From a virus (lineage: Duplodnaviria > Caudoviricetes), in IMG/VR virus record IMGVR_UViG_3300048850_000166, positions 1-40,357 of that record: a DNA stretch of 40,357 nt. One strand, given 5' to 3'. This document shows, one piece after another, positions 24,734-33,957 of the stretch. Position numbers and translations under genes: made by a program. A model generated the notes under the pieces. That model had not been told where the DNA came from. It saw only the letters and a program-made list of their open reading frames with translations, and made no database searches. Position 1 is the first letter of the stretch. Each line of letters opens with the position of its first letter.

Positions 24734-26727
24734 CACTGTCTCCCGGCTGGCCGGCGCGGCTGGGGGAGTGGGTTCGATTGCGCTTTCGGTTTCCATGGTT
24801 CTTGTGCTTGTAGTGGTGCTGTGGTTGATACGGGTGCAATCGGGTTGGTAGTGGAGGCTTCTGCGGCAGCGGGCAGCGCGATCGCCGGCGGCTCACTGAA
24901 CAGGTCGGGCATGCTCGGCACGACAATCTCACGCACCAGCTGCCACTGGCTGGCGGTTTTCTTGTGCAGCCCCAGGTAGTGCGCCGCAGCCAGGTTGTAG
25001 ACCATCAGGTCGCCGGCCTCGTTGCGGTCGTTCTTCTTCTTTTCCCACACACGCACCTTGCGGCCGCGCTTCCATACCGTGACGCTGTACTCTGCCGTCA
25101 GCTGGTCGTAGTATTCGTCCGGCAGGCCTTCCGGGAAGTGGGTGGCGCCCGGACCATCCGCCCGGCTGTAGCGGCTGGCCAGGTAGTCCTTCGCGGTGTC
25201 GGTACCGATCAGCCACATCTTTGCGCCGTGCGGCATGACCTTGCCCATCCAGTTCACATCGACCAGCGTCGGCTTGACCGCGAGGATCGGCTTATTCGAG
25301 GTGGATGCGCCCTTGACCGCATAGATGTGCCGGTGCTGGCGCGTGCGCGTGAAGTTGTACACCTCGTTGGTGTGGGCGCCGCCCGAGTCGATGAACACCG
25401 CCGCGATACCGATCTCCCGTCCGCCTGCGTGCCGATACTTACCCTTGAGCATCACGTCGAGCTTGTCCCAGGTCGCCTGCTCGGCCGGCGATCCCCACAC
25501 CACCTGGTAGTCGACGATCCAGTCCTCCATGCCCTCACCCCAGGCGACGACCTTGAGCTCAAGGCGGTCGTTCTGGGTATCGACGGCGCCAGTCAGGAGC
25601 AGGCCGCCCATCGGCACCGTACCGAGCTTGTAGCCGCCAGCCCGCTCCTTGAGTTCGGACGCCTTGGTCTGTTCCTTCTTGCGCTCCCAGCAGCGTGCCA
25701 GGCGAGTGTTGTAAAACACGATCATCAGCTCGTCGCTGCCCTCGTCCAGCTTGGCCCGGGCGGCACGGTACTCAAGCAGCAACGCCTTCCACGGCAGCCA
25801 GCCGTACGGCGCGAACATCGCGCTGATGGTGAAGCTCTCGGTCTCGCCATCGCCGGCCCCGCCGGCAGACCACGCGCCGCGGATGAACATGCGGTTCTTG
25901 TCGGTCTCGTACATCATCGCCCCGCAGTCGGCGCACGGATAGCATGCACGGCCATCGTCATCCTCCTGGAGGCGCTCGAACAGCAGCGGCTGCTCATGGC
26001 CACAGTGCACGCAGTCTGCCAACGCCTCACGCTGGGTTCCCTGGAGGTAGAGGCCATGGATGATCGACCGTCCTGCGACGGTTGGCGAGCTCGGGAAATA
26101 GCTCTTGCGATTGCGCTCGAACGTCGTCTGGCGAGCCTTTGCCAGGGCGACGGGATCACCTTCGCCGTTGACGTTGTTGTCCGCCCGGTCGACCTCATCG
26201 AACAGCACGCGCCGCGCCGGAATCTCGGAAAGGTTGGCGGCAGCGCCGGCCGTCACGATGTGCAGCGAGCCCCCGATGTATTCCTTGGTGTCGAGCGTAT
26301 TTACAGAATCGCGTGCGCGCGGTGCGGCGACGCGCTCCCGGACTGGCGGCACCGCGGCGATAGTCTTGCTGACGCGAGCGCTCGTACGCTTTGCCAGCTT
26401 GCCGGTTGGCAGGATCCACAGGAAGTTCGCTGGCGACTGATGCACCGAGCAGCAGAACCAGTTCAGGCCGACTTGCGTCTTGAGCATCTGCGATGCTCCC
26501 ATCAGCGCAACCACCTTGCACGGATGGTTGTCGGACAGCGCGCGCATGACCTCCCGCGCATGAGGCGTGCGGTCGGTGCGGTACTTGCCCGACTCATTTG
26601 CACCGGACTCCTTCGGGATGATCATGTGCGCGTCAGCCCAGGCATCGACGGTCATGTTTGGGTCTGGCAGCAGTCCCCGCGAAATAGCGGGGTGCAGTAC
26701 GTGCGCAGCTGGCGTCAGGCCAATCAT
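24730..26727 (-). CDS. terL: Terminase large subunit, GpA family
   Basis: RTPH, Walker-A-like GASQMLKT, FDEVD, SSPT, Cys pairs, VDTQ, IDSGG, RNEAGD. Confidence 0.95.
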   Translation of the reverse strand: MIGLTPAAHVLHPAISRGLLPDPNMTVDAWADAHMIIPKESGANESGKYRTDRTPHAREVMRALSDNHPCKVVALMGASQMLKTQVGLNWFCCSVHQSPANFLWILPTGKLAKRTSARVSKTIAAVPPVRERVAAPRARDSVNTLDTKEYIGGSLHIVTAGAAANLSEIPARRVLFDEVDRADNNVNGEGDPVALAKARQTTFERNRKSYFPSSPTVAGRSIIHGLYLQGTQREALADCVHCGHEQPLLFERLQEDDDGRACYPCADCGAMMYETDKNRMFIRGAWSAGGAGDGETESFTISAMFAPYGWLPWKALLLEYRAARAKLDEGSDELMIVFYNTRLARCWERKKEQTKASELKERAGGYKLGTVPMGGLLLTGAVDTQNDRLELKVVAWGEGMEDWIVDYQVVWGSPAEQATWDKLDVMLKGKYRHAGGREIGIAAVFIDSGGAHTNEVYNFTRTRQHRHIYAVKGASTSNKPILAVKPTLVDVNWMGKVMPHGAKMWLIGTDTAKDYLASRYSRADGPGATHFPEGLPDEYYDQLTAEYSVTVWKRGRKVRVWEKKKNDRNEAGDLMVYNLAAAHYLGLHKKTASQWQLVREIVVPSMPDLFSEPPAIALPAAAEASTTNPIAPVSTTAPLQAQEPWKPKAQSNPLPQPRRPAGRQW

Positions 26728-27293
26728 TCGACGTGCGCCTCCAGCTGGACATCCAGGCGCTCGCCAAAGGTATGCGCCAAGCTTTCGAGCAGCGCCCTGT
26801 GTTCGCGATCGATCACGTCCTCACACTCCTCGGCGGTGCGCAGTGGCGCCACGTCTGCAGCAATCCGACGGGCGCAGTTCATCAGCCCATCGCGCAACGC
26901 ACGTGCAGCCTCGAACGCAGCCGCGTCAACGTCAGACTTGAGCAGGAACTGGCCCGACATCTCGGCCAGCTTGATCTCCGCAGCTGCGGCCTCCGCTGCC
27001 TCCCGGCGTGCGCGGCTCGTGTCGTAGCCCGGCACCTTGGCCGGCTTAACCTCGGACTCCGTACCTCCCGCACCCGCCGGGGCGGTCGGCTGCGCCTCAT
27101 TTGCCATGGAGGCAGGTCGCTGGGCGCTCGCGCGCGGGCGGGTGTTCTTCTGGTACAGGTGGGTCGCGTAATCGGGGTCAACCTTCTTATCGGTAACCGG
27201 GATACCGCACCTGGTCACCGCTTCGTACGCGGACTGGCGCGAGATGCCCACCAGCTTGGCCCACTCGGCGATGGTTGTCAGGTTTTGCGTCAT
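26724..27293 (-). CDS. terS: Terminase small subunit (Nu1-like)
   Basis: N-terminal HTH (IAEWAKLVGISRQSAY) and SRARREAAEA coiled coil; overlaps the terL start. Confidence 0.85.
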   Translation of the reverse strand: MTQNLTTIAEWAKLVGISRQSAYEAVTRCGIPVTDKKVDPDYATHLYQKNTRPRASAQRPASMANEAQPTAPAGAGGTESEVKPAKVPGYDTSRARREAAEAAAAEIKLAEMSGQFLLKSDVDAAAFEAARALRDGLMNCARRIAADVAPLRTAEECEDVIDREHRALLESLAHTFGERLDVQLEAHVE

Positions 27294-27420
27294 ATCGATT
27301 CGTTGTCAGGTCGTTTGTCAGGAAATGTTTTTTTGGTCCGCTAGTGCGATGACGTGGCCTGAATTACCCTTGCCAGCCCCACCCTAGGAAGAACCTACCC
27401 CCCGGGGGGTGGGGGCCGGC
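27275..27420 (-). other. Probable cos/packaging-initiation region
   Basis: Upstream of terS: AGGTTCTTCC on the minus strand (27387-27396) resembles lambda cosQ context GGGTCCTTTCC; palindrome ACCCCCCGGGGGGT; three TTGTCAGG repeats. Confidence 0.55.
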
Positions 27421-27427
27421 CCGGCCA

Positions 27428-28183
27428 TCAGCTGCCCCCGCCACCCGGCCGCGGCCGGTTGAACTCGGCCTCCCAGTGGCGCGGGAACCGCATCTCGACG
27501 GTGGCCTGGCCGACCTCGTGGAAGCGCAGGCGCTGCTGGTACTGGACCTGCTGCACGAAGATGAACACCGGGCGGATCGCCGAGCCGTGCGCGAACTTGC
27601 GCTTCAGGTAGATGCCCGGCAGGAGCCCCTTGTTACCGTTCGGCAGGACGAAGTACGTGACGCCCTGGCGCGCGATGGTGCGGTTCGAGCGCTGGCTGCC
27701 GCTGGCGCGCGACTCGTAGCCGGCACCGTGCTGCACCTTCAGCTGCGACAGCACCTGGCGGATCTGGCCGCGGCGAACGTTGCCATTGCCATCCAGGTCG
27801 GCACCTTCGCCAGGCACGGCGAACCACCCCTGCGGCATCATTCCGTTCGCCTGCAGCATCCGCTCCATGCCTTTCAGGCCGCGACCGCCGCCGAAAATCT
27901 GCGGGCCTAGGAACTTGTCGGCTGGCGTGCCCTTGCCCCATGGGTCGTCCTTGACCCAGACGCGCGACTCGAGGCGGTCCCTGGTGGCAGACTTCAGGAA
28001 CGTGCCGTTCAGGGCGTAATTGGTCGGTCGATCGAACACGGCGCGCTGCTCGTCCTTGATCGCGGCCTGCACGTCCTTGCCGGTGCGGGTCAGCGCGATC
28101 GCAGCAACGATCGGCCCGCGACGGCCCATCTCATTGACCTGATTCGCCACCGCTGGGAAGCTGCTCCTCAAACTCATCCTCAT
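27428..28183 (-). CDS. Basic phage protein upstream of terS (possibly gpZ-like)
   Basis: 251 aa; ALTRT.K, FDRPT motif; GGAG SD. Confidence 0.6.
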   Translation of the reverse strand: MRMSLRSSFPAVANQVNEMGRRGPIVAAIALTRTGKDVQAAIKDEQRAVFDRPTNYALNGTFLKSATRDRLESRVWVKDDPWGKGTPADKFLGPQIFGGGRGLKGMERMLQANGMMPQGWFAVPGEGADLDGNGNVRRGQIRQVLSQLKVQHGAGYESRASGSQRSNRTIARQGVTYFVLPNGNKGLLPGIYLKRKFAHGSAIRPVFIFVQQVQYQQRLRFHEVGQATVEMRFPRHWEAEFNRPRPGGGGS

Positions 28184-28222
28184 AGCCCTACTCCTAAAAT
28201 TTCCGGCTTTGCCGTCTATTTC

Positions 28223-28450
28223 TCAAACCCTGCAAGCCTGTAACCCTCATGGATACTGGCTCTTAGCAGGGTATGCACACATGCAGGGTTGTTTATGATG
28301 TGACGGTCAAAAAAAAACACATCGGCCCTGCTAATGTCATCCGCGCCTACGTGCGCAAAACCCGGCTAACCCTGCATACCCTGCTGGAACCCACTATTCA
28401 TGCGGGTTTCCGGCTTGCAGGGTTTGATTACTACTCTGCATAACCCTGCA
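28223..28450. repeat. Putative replication origin: CCCTGC-core iterons in both orientations
   Basis: 16-bp perfect IR (28223-28238 / 28412-28427), 13-bp perfect IR (28265-28277 / 28373-28385), more AACCCTGCA copies; next to the primase-helicase 3' end. Confidence 0.75.
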
Positions 28451-31184
28451 ATGCGCGGTCCGCACGGACCTTGCCCAGCTCCCGGAACTTGGCGATCTGT
28501 TCGTCCAATGGGTGCGGGAAATCGGCGTTCTCGACCACGAACACCATCCTGGTTTTCTTGTGCTTGCTGTCGACCGCCACGCTCTTCTTGGCTTTGTGCT
28601 CGCGCCCGCCGATCAGGCCGGCGAACTTGCACAGCGTGAGCGGCTTCTCCCCGCTCTTGTCGCACCACCGCTTGTAGATGATGTATAGGTCTTCCGAAAG
28701 GCAAGAGCAGTACGGAGCGTCCAGGTAGCCGTCCTTCCAGGCGCGGTGGAACGACATCCAGCCAGCCAGGCCGAACTCGATCACTCGCTCCTTGGCCAGC
28801 GTCATGGGCGGCTTGGTGTGCTCGTTGAAGTCGTCCAGCGGCAGCGTCAGCAGAAAGTGGTAGAAGGCTTCGATGGCGCCGTTGGCGATCGCGTCCTTGA
28901 CCTGGTTGTAGAACGCCGGGTCCTGCTTACGCCTGGCCTCGATGACCATGAAGCGCCTGTCCTCCAGCTCGATCGGGATCGGCTGCGGCTCGTTCGAGAG
29001 GAACACTGAGTTCATGTGGTTGCGCTCGTCGCGGGCCGGCAGGTTCTTCTCGTTGATGTTCATGGTCTTGCCGGTGATCATGTACTTGAGCGTGCCGTTG
29101 TGGCTGTACTTGTCGTCTCGCGACAGCACCTCCTCAAACAGCACGAACAACTTTTTGCTGCGCCAGGAGGTGAAGGTCGAGTCCAACTGGTGTTGACTGG
29201 CCACCGTGCCGTAGTCCCCGAAGATCGGCAGCATCACGCCCTCGAAGAACAGCGACTTGCCGGTGCCCTGCTTCTCGCCAAACATCAGCAGCGCCGTCTG
29301 CATCTTGGCGCCCGGGTGCTGCAGGGGGTACGCCAGCCAGCGCAGAATCCACTCCATGTATTCGTCGGCACGATCCTCGGCGTCGCACAGCGAGGCCAGG
29401 AGCGCGAGGATCGGCTTGATCAGATCGGGATCGTGCTTCGGCTTGAGCGGCCAGCCCAGGAAGATATTTACGTGGCTAACCGGGTCGGCCAGCTGCGTCG
29501 GGTCGAACACCAGGTTACGCGCCTCGATGGTCTTGCGCTGTGCATGCTCCTGCCATTTGCCAGTCAGCTCGGCCGTGTAGTCGGCGCGCACGGCGCCCAG
29601 CGACATGACCTGCTGGCCGATGCCGTCCCATACCGTCTCGGTGCCGCGAAGGAGCGTGAGGTTGTCGAGCATCTCGCCCAGCTTGCCGCCACTACCATTG
29701 CCCTCGACGGCCTTACCTCCGACCAGGGTGGGCAGCGAATCGCGCATGATGGTGCGGCGATTCGGAGCCTTCTCCCAGCCGGCGGCCAGCTCTTTACCGA
29801 CCCACGCCGTGAACGCCGACTTCTTCAAGCGCTGCTTGCGGCGACTGTCCCACACGTCGGTCGTCGGGTAGATCAGCTGGAAATGCTCGAGCAACACATC
29901 CAGCGTGGGCGCGCGCATGTCGGACTGGATGTCCTGCGGCTCAGCGGCTGGAAGCACATCAGGCAGCGGCGCGGCGTCCAGGTAGGCCGGCAAATCTTCC
30001 TCGGAGGCGACCGGCTGCGATTCCTCGGACATGGTGAGGGCGCGGGAGCGCGCCACCAGTACCTGGTCGCGAACGACATCAAGCGATTCGGCCAAGTAGA
30101 GATCGTTGTAATCGGACGCCTTGCTATCAGCAGGACGGTCGGCAAACACGGGAATTGACACCGATGCGTTGCCGACGGCCCGAGCTGCGGCACGCGATCG
30201 CGACACACCGGCGTTTTCGAACTTGGTCACTTGAACGCGGCGTCCCGAGCGAATGTCGGCCTCGATGTACGGCGTCTTGGTCATATCCTCACGCCAGGTG
30301 GCACGAACACACACGGCATCGCCGCCGGCGTTCGACAGCTCGTGGTCCTTGCCGTCGATGACGGGTTCCCACACGGTGTCGTATTCCTTGAGCAGGAACT
30401 CACCCAGGCGCGCAATCAAGCGCATGTCGTCGTCGGCATGGAACAACAGATGCGCGTCGGGGAAGAGCTCGCGAAGCAGCCTAGCGACTGGCAGCAGGTT
30501 CCCGGCATTGAATGCGACCATGACCGGCGTATCGAAATCAGTCGCCATGCGCACCGTCTCGCAGGTCGCATAGCCTTCACCGATCTCGATCAGCCGGGTT
30601 TCCGGGCTCAGGCGGCCGAGCAGGCAGGCACCGGCAACCATATCGATGCCGCTGCTGAATCGCTTCTCGCCGTCCGGCTGAATGCGCTGGAGGCCGGCGA
30701 GTGTGGCACCGGATTCGCTGTACTTCATAACTGGAACCAGCAAAACGCCGTCCTGGTCGACGCGCGTTTTCTCACTCTGGACGCGCTTTCGCGCCAGATA
30801 CGCCGACGGCTGGTCACTGTCTGCCGCCGCGGCCCACGCCTGGCGGGCGCGGCCAGCCGCCAGCTCGGCTTTGCGCTGCTTGCGCTCCGCCTCCGCGCGT
30901 TCGTGCGCGGCCTGCTTGCGCTCGGCTTCAGCTCGCTCTTCCGGCGACAGGCCGGCCCAGTCCATTGTGATCGGGATCGAGTTCGGATTTTGTCCTTGCC
31001 AGACACCGAAGGCGCCAGTCACGATCTTGCGACCCGACTTGAGCTCAATCTCACGCAGGACGTACCACGCCTTTTTCTTGGGACCGAACCGTTGTGCCTT
31101 GCCGTTCAGGACGGGATGGCCGTCGGGCAGCCGGGGCAAACCCTCTGCCGCCATTTGCTGAATGACTTCCTCACGCGTTAGCAT
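28431..31184 (-). CDS. Primase-helicase (Toprim + D5/DUF5906-type SF3 helicase)
   Basis: GEGYAT, ADDD, SDYNDL Toprim motifs; QGTGKS Walker A; FEEV Walker B; SNE; DRRF. Confidence 0.92.
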   Translation of the reverse strand: MLTREEVIQQMAAEGLPRLPDGHPVLNGKAQRFGPKKKAWYVLREIELKSGRKIVTGAFGVWQGQNPNSIPITMDWAGLSPEERAEAERKQAAHERAEAERKQRKAELAAGRARQAWAAAADSDQPSAYLARKRVQSEKTRVDQDGVLLVPVMKYSESGATLAGLQRIQPDGEKRFSSGIDMVAGACLLGRLSPETRLIEIGEGYATCETVRMATDFDTPVMVAFNAGNLLPVARLLRELFPDAHLLFHADDDMRLIARLGEFLLKEYDTVWEPVIDGKDHELSNAGGDAVCVRATWREDMTKTPYIEADIRSGRRVQVTKFENAGVSRSRAAARAVGNASVSIPVFADRPADSKASDYNDLYLAESLDVVRDQVLVARSRALTMSEESQPVASEEDLPAYLDAAPLPDVLPAAEPQDIQSDMRAPTLDVLLEHFQLIYPTTDVWDSRRKQRLKKSAFTAWVGKELAAGWEKAPNRRTIMRDSLPTLVGGKAVEGNGSGGKLGEMLDNLTLLRGTETVWDGIGQQVMSLGAVRADYTAELTGKWQEHAQRKTIEARNLVFDPTQLADPVSHVNIFLGWPLKPKHDPDLIKPILALLASLCDAEDRADEYMEWILRWLAYPLQHPGAKMQTALLMFGEKQGTGKSLFFEGVMLPIFGDYGTVASQHQLDSTFTSWRSKKLFVLFEEVLSRDDKYSHNGTLKYMITGKTMNINEKNLPARDERNHMNSVFLSNEPQPIPIELEDRRFMVIEARRKQDPAFYNQVKDAIANGAIEAFYHFLLTLPLDDFNEHTKPPMTLAKERVIEFGLAGWMSFHRAWKDGYLDAPYCSCLSEDLYIIYKRWCDKSGEKPLTLCKFAGLIGGREHKAKKSVAVDSKHKKTRMVFVVENADFPHPLDEQIAKFRELGKVRADRALQGYAE

Positions 31185-31341
31185 GATCTGCTCCCTTCAT
31201 CGCGAGGGCCTCGGCCAGCATGCATTGGAGGTGCGCGAGGATTCGCGCTTTTTCTGCCTGGCTTCGCGAGTTCGGCGCTTCAGTGCACAGCTCCCACTCC
31301 ACCTGGACCACTGGCTCGTTTTGTTGCAAGTCAACTGTCAT
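31171..31341 (-). CDS. Small hypothetical protein (56 aa, MTVDLQQNEPVV...), absent from ORF track
   Basis: Hand translation; overlaps the upstream stop and the primase start. Confidence 0.55.
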   Translation of the reverse strand: MTVDLQQNEPVVQVEWELCTEAPNSRSQAEKARILAHLQCMLAEALAMKGADHANA

Positions 31342-31822
31342 TGGAACGATTCGATGGAACGCCGGCCACGACTGGCCGGCAGTAAATCTGGAACATCAGG
31401 GCCATCAGCTCCTGGGTGGTCTTATGCATCTGCTGGGCGATCTCTTCGAGATCCGCGCGCTCACGTCGATTGATCTCACCGTCGGCTATTGCGGCCGTGT
31501 ACGTCGCCGACAGGCGGCCCAGCTCGACGTACAGCTCATGGAACTTGCCATGCAGCGCTTCGTCGGTGGCGCCCTCGCCTTCCGGCAGCTGGATGAAGAC
31601 GCCGCCGCTCGCAGCTGCCACGGCCTGGGCAAAGTGCGTGGTGCCGGCATGCGCCTGGATCAGCAATGCAGTGGTAACGCGCATGCCGCTGCCCTTGACT
31701 TCGTACACCCGCGCCTCAAGCGCCGAACGCGCCATTCCCAGGGTGGCTGCAGTTCCGGCCCATCCGTGGACCTTGATCATCTCTTGGTAAGCGGACAATA
31801 AATCCACAGTATTTCCTTCCAT
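31331..31822 (-). CDS. YmfL/CII-like phage regulatory protein
   Basis: HGW...AA.LGM, FA.AVA...GGVFI.LP, AIADGEI...ER pattern; position after cro. Confidence 0.8.
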   Translation of the reverse strand: MEGNTVDLLSAYQEMIKVHGWAGTAATLGMARSALEARVYEVKGSGMRVTTALLIQAHAGTTHFAQAVAAASGGVFIQLPEGEGATDEALHGKFHELYVELGRLSATYTAAIADGEINRRERADLEEIAQQMHKTTQELMALMFQIYCRPVVAGVPSNRSNDS

Positions 31823-32028
31823 TCCTTGGGTGTTGCGATTCGATCAAGAGCTGTAACCTTGGGCAACCTTGTCAACAAAAAATTTCCTATATGCAACTTT
31901 CAAGATGCAGATACTTACGCCCGTTATCCACGGACTGCCGGGCTTGTTCTTCAAATGACGCTCTTCGTCAAGTCGGGAGTGCTGTTGACGCTTTCGGCTA
32001 CGTCGACGGGAGAAGATCTGACGTGGAC

Positions 32029-32274
32029 TTACGAACTCGGCGGTGCAGCCGCGACCATTACCCCCCCGTCAGATGACCGGCGATGACTGCGGCCACACTT
32101 CTGAGCATGGAGTCCAGCGATCGCTCCCAGTGTCGTGCTCAGACATCGAGCTTGACCGTTGAGGATTCGATTCACAGTCGGCTGAGAAGTCTTCAGTTCC
32201 GACGCGAGGCGGGTTTCACTCCAGCCCGTCGCCGACTTGACTTCCCTGAGAAGGGTTGAGGGGTCTTTGTCCAT
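32029..32274 (-). CDS. Cro-like HTH regulator
   Basis: GWSETRLASELKTSQPTVNRILNG HTH; divergent from cI. Confidence 0.85.
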   Translation of the reverse strand: MDKDPSTLLREVKSATGWSETRLASELKTSQPTVNRILNGQARCLSTTLGAIAGLHAQKCGRSHRRSSDGGVMVAAAPPSS

Positions 32275-32281
32275 ACCTCAC

Positions 32282-32359
32282 AGCATATACGCGAATGAAT
32301 AGATGCGCAATACTCAAATGAATAGCTTGTTGTATCCGACATATACGCGCGCGTATAGT
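32282..32359. promoter_or_regulatory. OR region: three 16-bp operators and divergent PR/PRM-like promoters
   Basis: TATACGCGAATGAATA (32286), AATACTCAAATGAATA (32309), TATACGCGCGCGTATA (32342); minus TTGCGC-17-TATGCT; plus TTGTAT-18-TATAGT. Confidence 0.8.
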
Positions 32360-32365
32360 TTTGGG

Positions 32366-33070
32366 ATGAACATATCGACCAGACTAGACAAAGCCATGCA
32401 CCAGGCCGGAATCCCGTCCCAGAGTGCGCTGGCTCGTGCCTCTGGCGTTCCTCAGCCCACCATCAACCGGATCCTAAAGGGGACCGGAAAAAAAGGGCCG
32501 GAGACAAACACGATCGCCGCCCTGGCTGCAGCTTGTAACGTCGCAGCACAATGGCTGACTGATGGCACAGGGCCAATGGAACGTGCTCCCGCCCTCTCGC
32601 AAGCGGAGGGCGAGATCATTGAGGTATCAGTCAGTGCAGAAACAAGTAAGTTTGTTGGCGTTCGCGTGGTTTCGCGGTACATCCATGCCGGCATTGACGG
32701 GCACGGAGGAGATGTTGAATACGAGGACCACGCAATGTTAAGCCTTCCGCTGTCATGGGTGGAAGGCAAGAGGCTTTCCCCATCAAAGTTGATTGCGATT
32801 CGGGTTACAGGCGAAAGCATGTACCCCACCCTTAAAAGAGGGCATATAGTAATTGTCAATACGGCCGACAACGATCCTCGGAACCTTATAGACGGGAAGC
32901 TCTATGCCGTGAACCACAATGACCGGCCGTGCGTCAAACGACTGGAGCTTAATGGCGGACAGTGGTTCCTAACTTCCGACAACAAGCTGCCAGAATTCCG
33001 TAGTCGGCCGGTCGACGAAAGCACTGAAATAATTGGGCGGGTTATTACCGCGGTGGAAAACTTCATCTGA
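32366..33070 (+). CDS. CI-like repressor (XRE HTH + S24 peptidase)
   Basis: SQSALARASGVPQPTINRI HTH; AG site; VTGESMYP (Ser) and VKRL (Lys). Confidence 0.93.
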   Translation: MNISTRLDKAMHQAGIPSQSALARASGVPQPTINRILKGTGKKGPETNTIAALAAACNVAAQWLTDGTGPMERAPALSQAEGEIIEVSVSAETSKFVGVRVVSRYIHAGIDGHGGDVEYEDHAMLSLPLSWVEGKRLSPSKLIAIRVTGESMYPTLKRGHIVIVNTADNDPRNLIDGKLYAVNHNDRPCVKRLELNGGQWFLTSDNKLPEFRSRPVDESTEIIGRVITAVENFI

Positions 33071-33360
33071 TGAAGGTGCAGGTTGCCGAGGTGACTCCGT
33101 ACGGGTCGCCAGTGTTAGTCGCAATTGTTCCCTCCATCTACACCGGTCAGTCGAACGGGCCCAAGATGTTAACGCGGCTGCAGCCCTATTTCCGGTGCCA
33201 TCCAATTATGTTAGTTTCGGTAGAGAAAAATGGGTTTCGCGCCTACGCAACTTTCGAAACACATATGCTACTCGCGTTAATCCAGCTGGAGTACCTTGAG
33301 CTCAAAGAAATCGACCTGAGCGTTCCTGCGGGCGATGAGGGCGACGAGCTGCCGTTCTAA
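33070..33360 (+). CDS. Hypothetical protein co-transcribed with cI
   Basis: TGATG coupling to cI; 96 aa. Confidence 0.7.
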   Translation: MKVQVAEVTPYGSPVLVAIVPSIYTGQSNGPKMLTRLQPYFRCHPIMLVSVEKNGFRAYATFETHMLLALIQLEYLELKEIDLSVPAGDEGDELPF

Positions 33361-33387
33361 GAGCAAAGTAAAAGATAGGGGATAATA

Positions 33388-33669
33388 ATGGAATTGTTGA
33401 TTTTTTGGCTGGTTGTGGCCATCGCCACAGCTATGGTAGCCAGCTCGCGAGGTCGATCAGGATTTGGCTGGTTCATCCTTGGAAGTTTATTCAGCCTGAT
33501 TGCACTGCTCCTTGTAGCAATCTTGCCATCGCAGAAAGCTCCCCCGCGCGATCCCAACGCACCGTCGCCAGACACCCATGTTCGATGTCCGGATTGCCGC
33601 GAGTTTGTCTACAAAGACGCTCGCAGGTGTAAGCATTGCGGCATCCCTCTTGTACCCATCACCAGCTGA
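33388..33669 (+). CDS. Two-TM protein with C-terminal zinc ribbon
   Basis: Two hydrophobic helices with GRSGFGW between them; CPDC...CKHCG. Confidence 0.85.
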   Translation: MELLIFWLVVAIATAMVASSRGRSGFGWFILGSLFSLIALLLVAILPSQKAPPRDPNAPSPDTHVRCPDCREFVYKDARRCKHCGIPLVPITS

Positions 33670-33690
33670 CACGCTCATCTATCCACGCGT

Positions 33691-33721
33691 AAGCCCCAGG
33701 AATACTACAAGGGGCTTTTTT
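33691..33721 (+). terminator. Intrinsic terminator of the cI operon
   Basis: AAGCCCC-loop-GGGGCTT followed by a T run. Confidence 0.7.
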
Positions 33722-33732
33722 GCAACTAGAAT

Positions 33733-33774
33733 TATTCATTCGCGTATTGATTAAATTATCCATTCGTGTATAGT
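33733..33774 (+). promoter_or_regulatory. OL region: two operators overlapping a PL-like promoter
   Basis: TATTCATTCGCGTATT (33733) and TATCCATTCGTGTATA (33757) are near reverse complements of the OR site; TTGATT-16-TATAGT. Confidence 0.8.
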
Positions 33775-33801
33775 TGCCTCCATCAACTTGATGGAGCGCA
33801 C

Positions 33802-33957
33802 ATGTACACCTACCGCGTCATTGTCCGGACTGCCCGCGCAGCCCACGTCTACAACATCCCAGCCGGCTCGACCGCGGAGGCTGCTGAACTTGCCGCAACT
33901 CAGTTTGCGAGCGTCCCATGCGGTATCAGCGTCACCGATCGCCAGGTGCGCGCATGA
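33802..33957 (+). CDS. Small early hypothetical protein (51 aa)
   Basis: ATG 33802 with GGAG SD; first gene after PL. Confidence 0.65.
   Translation: MYTYRVIVRTARAAHVYNIPAGSTAEAAELAATQFASVPCGISVTDRQVRA

Noticed and set aside
31924-31932. DnaA-box-like TTATCCACG
   Set aside because: Single copy with one mismatch; a better origin candidate lies at 28223-28450
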